From an uncultured Bacteroidales bacterium (lineage in GTDB: Bacteria > Bacteroidota > Bacteroidia > Bacteroidales > CHK158-818), in assembly GCA_949300615.1 (NCBI GenBank), contig CASGEW010000003.1, positions 1,133-65,132 of the forward strand: 64,000 nt of DNA, written 5' to 3'. This document shows, in pieces, positions 1-7,924 of the stretch (its first letter is position 1; each line of letters starts with the position of its first letter). The notes under the pieces were generated by a model. That model was given only the letters and a program-made list of their open reading frames with translations. It made no database searches and was not told the DNA's origin. A program made the translations under genes and the position numbers.

Positions 1-72
1 ATTTTCCTATCTGAAACCATTCAACAACATTTCTAAATGAGAAGTGTGTATGTATAATTTACATACCGGCAT

Positions 73-103
73 TTTGTACAAGTTAAATATATGCCTATCT
101 TTG
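73..103 (+). promoter_or_regulatory. Bacteroidota-type promoter (-33 TTTG / -7 TAnnTTTG)
   Basis: TTTG at 73-76, a 19-nt spacer, then TATCTTTG at 96-103. This matches the known Bacteroides primary-sigma consensus. It lies about 210 nt upstream of the exbB ATG, so assignment to exbB is tentative. Confidence 0.4.
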
Positions 104-317
104 CATAAGGAACAAAGGACGAATAAAGAGCTGGGAACAAAAACAAGAAACCATAAAGGGGAGACAAGAGATACATTGCCATAAGAAGATTCGCCACTTC
201 GACAGCAAAAATTATAAGGGACAAATACTTTTCCTCCGGTGATTTTCCGGTTCAACTGTCCAAAATAATTTTTTCACAGCAAGGAACAAACATCTTATAT
301 AACACAAAAGAGATCCG

Positions 318-1076
318 ATGAAGAAAATATTTCTCATTCTTGTTTTACTGGGATTTACCTCCCTTTTTGCCATACAAGCAGGATATGCACAAGAGGCTAC
401 CGAAACATTACAAGCCAACATAGCCAGTGAAGGAGAGGGATTGCACCAAGCCCTGAAAACAAAATTTATAGAGGGCTCTGCCTTCTATATGAGTTTCATT
501 GCCCTGGCCTTGATTATCGGGCTATCTTTTTGCCTGGAAAGAATTATCTACCTCAGTATGGCAGAAATCAACTCCAAGAAACTATTAACCTCGGTAGAAA
601 ATGCTTTAAACCGGGGCGATCTGGAATACGCAAAAGACATTTGCCGCAATACTCCGGGACCGATTGCCTCCATCTTTTACCAAGGATTGATGCGCATAGA
701 CAACGGGATAGATGTTGTAGAAAAATCCATTATCTCGTACGGAGGCGTACAGGCCGGATTATTGGAACGGGGACTGTCGTGGATAGCACTATTCATCGCC
801 ATGGCGCCCTCATTAGGATTTCTGGGAACGGTTATCGGGATGGTTGAAACATTCGACCGCATACAGATCATGGGCGACATCTCCGCTACCATCGTAGCCG
901 GAGGGATGAAAGTGGCGTTAATCACTACCATCGGAGGGTTGGTCGTAGCACTGATATTGCAGCTTTTCTACAACTACATCCTGGCCAAGGTAGAAAGCCT
1001 TATCAACAGCATGGAGGACGCATCCATCTCGCTGCTGGACATGGTTATCAAATACAACCTGAAATTTAAGAACTAA
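318..1076 (+). CDS. exbB: MotA/TolQ/ExbB proton-channel protein
   Basis: 252 aa with an N-terminal signal, three TM segments and the family motif LGFLGTVIGMVETF. It is followed by two ExbD genes. Confidence 0.85.
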   Translation: MKKIFLILVLLGFTSLFAIQAGYAQEATETLQANIASEGEGLHQALKTKFIEGSAFYMSFIALALIIGLSFCLERIIYLSMAEINSKKLLTSVENALNRGDLEYAKDICRNTPGPIASIFYQGLMRIDNGIDVVEKSIISYGGVQAGLLERGLSWIALFIAMAPSLGFLGTVIGMVETFDRIQIMGDISATIVAGGMKVALITTIGGLVVALILQLFYNYILAKVESLINSMEDASISLLDMVIKYNLKFKN

Positions 1077-1089
1077 ACCGGGATCCACC

Positions 1090-1545
1090 ATGCTTAAAAG
1101 AATTCCAATCTTATTGTACATCTTACTCGGCATAACGTTGGTGATAGCCTTCCTGTTCTATTTCGGAGGAGAGGTAGACCCGACCGACGAACGACCTGAA
1201 CCGGTTTACACCGATACCTTGTTGTATTGGATATATACCATTTTATCGCTTTGTATCATTGTAACAGCTATTTTTACTATACGGAAATTCTTGATCCGGC
1301 TCAAAAACTCGCCGCGAAAAGCAATCCGATTCATCTTCATGCCTGTCATATTGGCTATTGTGATGAGCATAGCATGGAGTTTAGGGGACGGCACCCCCTT
1401 GCAGATTCTACGATACGAAGGCAAAGAGAATATCTATTTCTGGCTAAAAGTTACCGATATGTTCTTATACACCATATATTTCCTATTGGGAATGGGAATA
1501 TTGTCGGTCATATATTACAACATAAAAAAAGCACTGCAAAAATAG
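1090..1545 (+). CDS. Small polytopic membrane protein, unknown function
   Basis: 151 aa with about four hydrophobic helices. It is wedged 13 nt after exbB and 50 nt before exbD. I recognise no family motif. Confidence 0.55.
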   Translation: MLKRIPILLYILLGITLVIAFLFYFGGEVDPTDERPEPVYTDTLLYWIYTILSLCIIVTAIFTIRKFLIRLKNSPRKAIRFIFMPVILAIVMSIAWSLGDGTPLQILRYEGKENIYFWLKVTDMFLYTIYFLLGMGILSVIYYNIKKALQK

Positions 1546-1595
1546 TATAACGAAATACAACCGAGAGATTTACTGAAAAAACAACCATTCAAGCG

Positions 1596-2195
1596 ATGAT
1601 GTTTCAAAGAAAAAAGCGGCATGTGCCCGGAATCAATTCCAGTTCGAGTGCGGATATCGCATTCCTGCTGCTGGTATTCTTCTTGGTTACCACATCGTTA
1701 GACACGGACAGAGGGATACAGCGCAGGCTTCCTCCCCCTATCGAATCGGGAGAGATCAAGAAAAAAACGGACATCGAAAAGCGGAATCTACTGGAAATAT
1801 ATATCAATCACGAAAACAGAATCATGGTACGTGAAGAGGAGATTCCGTTAAGAGAGCTCAAAGAGATTGTGAAAGAGTTCATCGCTAACCCCCAGGACTC
1901 ACCGGATCTGCCCGAGAAAGAGAATATCGAGGTACCGTTCTTCGGAATGTATCCGGTAACAACCAAGCACATCATTGCTTTACAAAACGACGTATCGACT
2001 AAATACCAGGCATATATAAACGTACAAAACGAATTAACGGCCGCATACAATGAATTGCGCAATGAACTGGCCAAACAAAAATTCAACAAAACATTTGCCG
2101 AGTTGAGCGACGAAGGGAAGAAAGCCATATTGACCATCTATCCCCGCCGTATATCCGAAGCCGAAGAGATGGAATATTTCAGTCAATCCGAATAA
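1596..2195 (+). CDS. exbD: ExbD/TolR biopolymer transport protein
   Basis: 199 aa with a single N-terminal TM carrying the ExbD signature (SADIAFLLLVFFLVTTSL) and a periplasmic C-domain. Confidence 0.8.
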   Translation: MMFQRKKRHVPGINSSSSADIAFLLLVFFLVTTSLDTDRGIQRRLPPPIESGEIKKKTDIEKRNLLEIYINHENRIMVREEEIPLRELKEIVKEFIANPQDSPDLPEKENIEVPFFGMYPVTTKHIIALQNDVSTKYQAYINVQNELTAAYNELRNELAKQKFNKTFAELSDEGKKAILTIYPRRISEAEEMEYFSQSE

Positions 2196-2209
2196 AACGA
2201 CAAAAGCTT

Positions 2210-2677
2210 ATGGGAAAGTTTAAAAGAAGCGAAAGACGAGAGGTGCCACCACTAAATACCTCCTCTTTGCCCGATCTTATTTTCACCTTGCTGTTTTTCT
2301 TCATGATTACAACCAGCATGAAAGAGATGCCGTTGATGGTGGATATCGATCCTCCCACAGCAACAGAATTGACAAAATTAGAAAAGAAATCGCTCATTAC
2401 ATACCTCTATATCGGAAAACCTACCGGGTATTATGCCCAGAAATTAGGGGCAGAAAACCGGATACAGCTCAACGACAAATTCATCGACGAGTCGGACATC
2501 GAAAGAGAGATGATCCGGGAAAGGGCTGCCATGAAAGAGGAAAACCAAGGTTATATGCAGGTTTCCATCAAGGCCGACCGAGATACTGAAATGGGAATCA
2601 TTACCGCCACCAAAGAGGCGTTGAAACGATCCAACAATTTGAATATCGTCTATTCTGCCCGAGGCAGAGGAAATTGA
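2210..2677 (+). CDS. exbD: ExbD/TolR biopolymer transport protein (second paralog)
   Basis: 155 aa with the ExbD-type TM LPDLIFTLLFFFMITTSM. It starts 14 nt after the first exbD. Confidence 0.8.
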   Translation: MGKFKRSERREVPPLNTSSLPDLIFTLLFFFMITTSMKEMPLMVDIDPPTATELTKLEKKSLITYLYIGKPTGYYAQKLGAENRIQLNDKFIDESDIEREMIRERAAMKEENQGYMQVSIKADRDTEMGIITATKEALKRSNNLNIVYSARGRGN

Positions 2678-2719
2678 ACTCGCACCGATTCCTTCCTTCA
2701 TCAATAATAATACGGATAC

Positions 2720-2751
2720 AAAAAAGGCCGACTGTATAGTCGGCCTTTTTT
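2720..2751. terminator. Bidirectional rho-independent terminator
   Basis: GGCCGACT (2726-2733), loop GTAT, AGTCGGCC (2738-2745). An A-run flanks it upstream and a T-run downstream. It sits between convergent exbD and galK. Confidence 0.75.
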
Positions 2752-2770
2752 GCTTCTCTCCATAGTTCGT

Positions 2771-3913
2771 TTATGCCAGACGACGGGAGCCGTCTCCGAT
2801 ACGGACAGGATATACCTTGGGGGCCTTTCCGAACTTTTTCGTAAATTCGCTCGTTGCTTTTTCAATAAAAGCATCGTATTTGGCTTCGGGAACCAGGTTG
2901 ATGGTACAACCGCCAAAACCGCCTCCCATTACGCGAGATCCGGTTACGCCACACGTTTTGGCAATATCGTTCAAGAAATCCAGCTCTTCGCAACTTACTT
3001 CATAGAGTTTACTCATACCGGCGTGCGTTTCGTACATTTTTTGACCTACCGTTTCGTAATCGCCTTTTTTCAGAGCTTCGCACGCATCCAGCAAACGTTG
3101 TATCTCTTCAATTACATATTCAGCACGCATATAATCTTCTGCACTCACCTCGGTTTTTACCTCGTTCAGCATCGCCATATCGGCATCCCGCAACAACGAA
3201 ACCTCGGGATGTCTTTTCTTGATTGCTGCCACAACGGCTTCGCACGATTCGCGGCGTTTGTTGTAGGCCGACGATGCCAATTCGTGCTTTACTACCGAGT
3301 CGATCAATACCACTTTATAACCTTTCGGGTCAAAGGGAACATATTCATATTCGAGTGAACGACAATCCAGGCGAATCAACGAACCCTCTTTTCCGAATAC
3401 CGAGGCAAATTGGTCCATAATACCGCATTTTACCCCCACGTAATTGTGTTCAGTAGCTTGTCCTATTTTGGCCAACTCAAATTTATCGATTCCCAGATTA
3501 TAAATATCATTCAAGGCAAACGCATAGGTGCTCTCCAAAGCGGCAGAAGAGGACAAACCGGCTCCCAGGGGGACATCACCGGAAAAGACCGTATCAAAAC
3601 CGCCGACCTTTCCACCACGTTTGATAATCTCCCTTACAACACCGAAGATATACTTAGCCCAGCCCTGTTCGGGAAGATCTTCTTCATTCATGCCAAATTC
3701 GGCCTTTTCGTTCAGGTCGAAAGCAAAAGCGCGTATCTTATCGGTTCCGTTGGGTTTGATCTGTGCCAACATTCCTTTGTCTATGGCACCCGGCAATACA
3801 AAACCTCCGTTATAATCGGTATGTTCTCCAATCAAATTAATACGGCCGGGAGAGAAGTAGAGATACCCGCCATAGAGTTCCTGAAATTTTTCTTTTATTG
3901 CATTTACATCCAT
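2771..3913 (-). CDS. galK: Galactokinase
   Basis: 380 aa with the galactokinase signature GRINLIGEHTDYNGG and the GHMP kinase motif PLGAGLSSSAA. Confidence 0.95.
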   Translation of the reverse strand: MDVNAIKEKFQELYGGYLYFSPGRINLIGEHTDYNGGFVLPGAIDKGMLAQIKPNGTDKIRAFAFDLNEKAEFGMNEEDLPEQGWAKYIFGVVREIIKRGGKVGGFDTVFSGDVPLGAGLSSSAALESTYAFALNDIYNLGIDKFELAKIGQATEHNYVGVKCGIMDQFASVFGKEGSLIRLDCRSLEYEYVPFDPKGYKVVLIDSVVKHELASSAYNKRRESCEAVVAAIKKRHPEVSLLRDADMAMLNEVKTEVSAEDYMRAEYVIEEIQRLLDACEALKKGDYETVGQKMYETHAGMSKLYEVSCEELDFLNDIAKTCGVTGSRVMGGGFGGCTINLVPEAKYDAFIEKATSEFTKKFGKAPKVYPVRIGDGSRRLA

Positions 3914-3937
3914 AATAAAAATGTTTAAGTTCGAACA

Positions 3938-3978
3938 AATAAGCCTGAAAAAGGTATATTCCCTCCCCCAGGCTTATT
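3938..3978 (-). other. Intercistronic 10-bp inverted repeat (hairpin) between the MFS gene and galK
   Basis: AATAAGCCTG (3938-3947) pairs with CAGGCTTATT (3969-3978) around a 21-nt loop. No clean T-run follows on the minus strand, so it is not called a terminator. Confidence 0.3.
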
Positions 3979-4014
3979 CAAATTATTTCAAAGAATTTCA
4001 ATTATACAAAAATC

Positions 4015-5325
4015 TTATTCCACGGGAATATCTTTGTTGACATTTTTTGAACCGACGAGGGCATAGAACAACAGATAAGCCAAACCGGCAACTACTACCC
4101 AGTAGCTAACCAAATAACCGGCTCCGTTGGTCATATCTACCACAGCGTTTTGCAACAACGGCAGGATACCACCACCGCAAACCAATACCATAAAGATACC
4201 GGATGCTTTTTCCGTGTATTTTCCTAATCCTTCAACTGCCAGGTTGAAGATACCGCCCCACATCACCGAAGTACAGAGACCGATACAAACCAATAATGCA
4301 GCGTTGATGGGAACTTGAACCAATCCGAAACCTCCAGCTCCGTTGAACACGGGCATACTAACCGATGTGGCGGGTGAAAGAGCTATTGCGGCCAATGTAA
4401 GTACCACACCGATGGTAGCAGCTACTGAAAGCATCCCTCTGGCAGAAACCTTGCTACCGATAACACCGCCCAACAAACGGCCGATCAGCATCAGGAACCA
4501 GTAGGTAGCGGCCACTGAACCGGCAATGGCTTCGGCATTAACACCGTCGCCCAATACGTTCAATCCGGGATCTTGCAACCATTTGTTCAATACGTTGGGT
4601 ACACCTACTTCAACCCCTACATAGACAAATATACCGATTGCTCCCAATACGAAATGACGGAAAGAGAGAGGTCCGTATTTGGAAGATTCTTGTTTTTGTG
4701 CTTCGTCTTCGCGTTTGTTTTCGGGAATGTTCGTCAACAATATAACAACAAAAGCAAAGGCAAAGATCAACAAGGCTGCATACATCAACGGGAATACGTT
4801 GCTGATCTGTGCATTTTTAATTCCTTCGGGAATCAAAAGTCCGGTTAAAATAATAACGGCCGTACCACACAATGAATTGAATGAACCGCCTATCTGGATC
4901 AGCTGATTACCTTTGTTTCCGCCGCCACCTAATTTGTTCAACATGGGATTTACAACAGTATTGAGTAAACACATGGAGAAACCGGCAATAAACGCTCCTA
5001 ACAGATATACGCCGAATGCTGTTGATCCGGCGATCAATCCGGCAATAGTCTGGATACCTACACCTACAAAACCTACGGCAATAGCCACCAAAGAGGTTTT
5101 CTTATAACCGTATTTCTGCAACATATTACCTGCCGGATAACCCATAACGGCATAAGCAATGAAGTTGGCAAATACCCCCAAAGTCCCCATCCAGTTGGGC
5201 ACATTGAATTGAAATTTCAATATATCACCCATCGGTGACGCCAAATTGGTAACGAATGAAATCATCCCGAAGAGGAAGATCATCACAATAATTGGCAAAG
5301 TGTAATTCTTTTTTTGTGTTGTCAT
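4015..5325 (-). CDS. MFS sugar transporter, glucose/galactose (FucP/GluP-like) family
   Basis: About 12 TM helices in an MFS layout, between galM and galK. I moved the start to ATG 5325 (MTTQKKNYTLPIIV...). The 500-aa ORF in the track would overlap galM by 164 nt, and its extension is non-membrane junk. Confidence 0.85.
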   Translation of the reverse strand: MTTQKKNYTLPIIVMIFLFGMISFVTNLASPMGDILKFQFNVPNWMGTLGVFANFIAYAVMGYPAGNMLQKYGYKKTSLVAIAVGFVGVGIQTIAGLIAGSTAFGVYLLGAFIAGFSMCLLNTVVNPMLNKLGGGGNKGNQLIQIGGSFNSLCGTAVIILTGLLIPEGIKNAQISNVFPLMYAALLIFAFAFVVILLTNIPENKREDEAQKQESSKYGPLSFRHFVLGAIGIFVYVGVEVGVPNVLNKWLQDPGLNVLGDGVNAEAIAGSVAATYWFLMLIGRLLGGVIGSKVSARGMLSVAATIGVVLTLAAIALSPATSVSMPVFNGAGGFGLVQVPINAALLVCIGLCTSVMWGGIFNLAVEGLGKYTEKASGIFMVLVCGGGILPLLQNAVVDMTNGAGYLVSYWVVVAGLAYLLFYALVGSKNVNKDIPVE

Positions 5326-5353
5326 TTTTTTAAGTTTTAGATTTATGAATGAT

Positions 5354-6436
5354 TTATCTTTTGAATTTATATATGCACGTTTGTGTATATTCCTGCCCCG
5401 GGCGCAATACGGTTGTGGGGAAATGTGCGTTGTTAGGGCTGTCGGGGAAATGTTGCGTTTCAAAGCAGATAGCGCTACGCTTGGAATAGCGATGCCCTTT
5501 CTTCCCTTCAAATCCATTCAACCAGTTTCCGGTATATAGTTGAACACCCGGTTCGGTTGTGTAAACCTCCATTTCGATTCCGGTTTCGGGAGATACGGCT
5601 TTGGCGGCAAAAGACAACTCTCCGGGATAATTTTTTTTCAAGACGTAGTTGTGATCGTATCCCACGCCAAAAACCAGCTGCTGATAATCGTCGTCAATAC
5701 GTTCGCCCACAATATGCGGTTGTCGGAAATCCATCGGGGTTCCGGACACGGACAATATCTCACCCGTAGGTACAGACTTGTCATCACATGGGGTAAAGAA
5801 GTCGGCTTGGATCGTTACCTGGTGGTTGGTTACGGGCTGGCCTCCTTCGCCATTGAGGTTGAAAAAGGAGTGATGGGTCAGATTCAGCACCGTTGCTTTG
5901 TCGGTAACGGCTTGATAGGTGATCAGAAATTCGTCATTGTCGGTCAGGCAATAGACCATTTTTATCTTCAACGTACCGGGAAAGCCCTCTTCTCCGTCGA
6001 CTGATTCGTAGCAGAGTTCGAGCGTTTGAGCATCTTTTTGACTGGCGTCCCAGACTACCTGATTATAACCCATCTTCCCTCCGTGCAGACTGCAATCGGG
6101 ATTGTCCGAGGGAATTTTGTAAGCAACACCGTCCAACATAAATTCGCCCCGCTTGATACGGTTTCCGTAACGACCGATGGCCGCCCCCAAATATTTTTCG
6201 GGAGAGTTGAAATAACCCTCTATGGTGGAGTGTCCCAATACTATATCGGTATCCTTTCCCTCTTTATCAGGGACTACCAAGGAGGCGACAATCCCCCCGA
6301 AATTGGTTACACACATCTCCATCCCGTTTTTATTCTTCAACAAAAACAGGTCTATTTGTTTACCCGATAAAACCGTCTGAAAATCTTCGCGCCGAAGCCC
6401 GCTACGAGCTGTAAACGCTTTATCAAATTCTGACAT
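5354..6436 (-). CDS. galM: Aldose 1-epimerase (galactose mutarotase)
   Basis: 360 aa with mutarotase motifs GRYGNRI, SLHGG and CFETQHFPDSPN. It is the first gene of the galM-MFS-galK unit. Confidence 0.9.
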   Translation of the reverse strand: MSEFDKAFTARSGLRREDFQTVLSGKQIDLFLLKNKNGMEMCVTNFGGIVASLVVPDKEGKDTDIVLGHSTIEGYFNSPEKYLGAAIGRYGNRIKRGEFMLDGVAYKIPSDNPDCSLHGGKMGYNQVVWDASQKDAQTLELCYESVDGEEGFPGTLKIKMVYCLTDNDEFLITYQAVTDKATVLNLTHHSFFNLNGEGGQPVTNHQVTIQADFFTPCDDKSVPTGEILSVSGTPMDFRQPHIVGERIDDDYQQLVFGVGYDHNYVLKKNYPGELSFAAKAVSPETGIEMEVYTTEPGVQLYTGNWLNGFEGKKGHRYSKRSAICFETQHFPDSPNNAHFPTTVLRPGQEYTQTCIYKFKR

Positions 6437-6580
6437 GCTATGCTATTTTCGTAATATCAAATTCTCAGTTAACAAAAATCTAACCGCTATTGATTATTGG
6501 CTGTAAATTTACTATTTCTGTTTGATTGGCGGGTTATTTATTTTTATGTTATAAAACATATCCAGTATTTAAAATTCCTC

Positions 6581-6632
6581 AAAAAAAAGCACGGATACAG
6601 AAGGTTTGTTATCTTTTCAAAACTTTATCCGT
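6581..6632 (-). terminator. Rho-independent terminator closing the glycosidase operon
   Basis: On the minus strand, ACGGATA...TATCCGT forms the outer stem. An inner stem AAGTTTTG/CAAACCTT follows, then GC and T8 (plus-strand A-run 6581-6588). It lies 49 nt after the stop at 6681. Confidence 0.6.
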
Positions 6633-6680
6633 CGAAGATTCAGGGAAAAACGCTTTTCATCGCCTTTCTATTGCAATCTC

Positions 6681-7922
6681 TCAGCGGGATTTTATTTCCA
6701 ACAACAACAGTTCCGCCCCCAAATCAACGGTAATTTTTCTCTTGTTCTGGAAACTTTTCAGCGGTCCGGCCGATCGGTTGGGACAATAAAGACAAATATC
6801 TTTCCGCTTTTCAAACTGTACCTGCACGGAAACCGGAACGACCGGCCGGTTTGTCCGGGTTTTCAGATCGTACACCGAAATAGGACGAAACAGGGCCAAC
6901 CACCACGAACCGTCGCTTTTTTGCAACAGTGTACTTTGTACCTCTCCATCGGAGATAATCTGCAAAGGCAACGATGCAGGAGAAAAATCTTGTTCCGTAT
7001 CGTCCAGCAACATCAACAAATTTTTCAATGCAGTAAACGAGGGTTTGACCGAACCGTCGGAACGTACCAGGCCGAAATGGCATTCCATATCGGAGAAGGA
7101 GTCATCGGGTTTCAAATCGAGAAACTCGTACTTGTAGGAACGTTTGACGCCTTGATTGAAATAGACAAAAAACAGATGCAGGTGATAGATGGCTGCGGCC
7201 TCTTCCGATACGCCCGGATGGTTCGGGTTGTTCTCTTTGTTGTGATAACCGCACTCGGTTACCAACAACGGTTTGGTCCCGCTGACACGACGGGCCTCGG
7301 CAAGGGCGTCGGCCATAGACATACCCCACCCCCAATGGAAAGAGGGATACTGCCCGGCGGCATAGGGATGCATTCCACCATAATCCATCCACAGCGAGAT
7401 ATCGCCCAACCGACCGGGACTCTCTTTTATGTTAGCCAACGAAAGGCCTACTACGGGAATTTCTCGGGTAGCCGGGTCGTTTTTCATCGCCTCGTACAAA
7501 TGTTGCTGCTCATCCCGGGCCTGTTGTTCCCAGGTGCCGGGCAAGCGTCCGCCATCCGGTTCATTCACCGCTTCCACGCCCCACAACATGGGGCCGATGG
7601 TTTTGGCCCGTTCTACGGCTTTATCTGCGGAGGTTATCAACAACAACCGGATACCTTTTTCGCCTACCTCCTGGTATTTGCGCAATACATCGTCGTTATA
7701 GGTACCGTCGCGGATGTGCTTTACCCCCAGTTCCAACAGGCGAGGTTTCAATACCTCCTCGTAACGGCCGTACTGGGTATCGTAATACCCGAAATGGGTA
7801 TTGACGCCTATGGAGTTGACAAAGTCGTATGCCCGGGACGATTTTTTAGCTATCGGTCCATCCGCGGCCAACAGGAGAGCCGGCCAACAAATTATTCCAA
7901 CCAGGACAAGAAGGAGATTCAT
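6681..7922 (-). CDS. Secreted clan GH-A (beta/alpha)8 glycoside hydrolase, family unassigned
   Basis: 413 aa with signal peptide MNLLLVLVGIICWPALLLA. Candidate acid/base motif VEAVNEPDGG and candidate nucleophile motif LLVTECGYH have spacing typical of clan GH-A. Confidence 0.55.
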   Translation of the reverse strand: MNLLLVLVGIICWPALLLAADGPIAKKSSRAYDFVNSIGVNTHFGYYDTQYGRYEEVLKPRLLELGVKHIRDGTYNDDVLRKYQEVGEKGIRLLLITSADKAVERAKTIGPMLWGVEAVNEPDGGRLPGTWEQQARDEQQHLYEAMKNDPATREIPVVGLSLANIKESPGRLGDISLWMDYGGMHPYAAGQYPSFHWGWGMSMADALAEARRVSGTKPLLVTECGYHNKENNPNHPGVSEEAAAIYHLHLFFVYFNQGVKRSYKYEFLDLKPDDSFSDMECHFGLVRSDGSVKPSFTALKNLLMLLDDTEQDFSPASLPLQIISDGEVQSTLLQKSDGSWWLALFRPISVYDLKTRTNRPVVPVSVQVQFEKRKDICLYCPNRSAGPLKSFQNKRKITVDLGAELLLLEIKSR

Positions 7923-7924
7923 CT

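Noticed and set aside
5326-5517. An N-terminal 64-aa extension of the MFS transporter ORF
   Set aside because: It would overlap the 3' end of galM by 164 nt and encodes non-membrane, Arg/Lys-rich sequence. The ATG at 5325 gives a normal MFS N-terminus.
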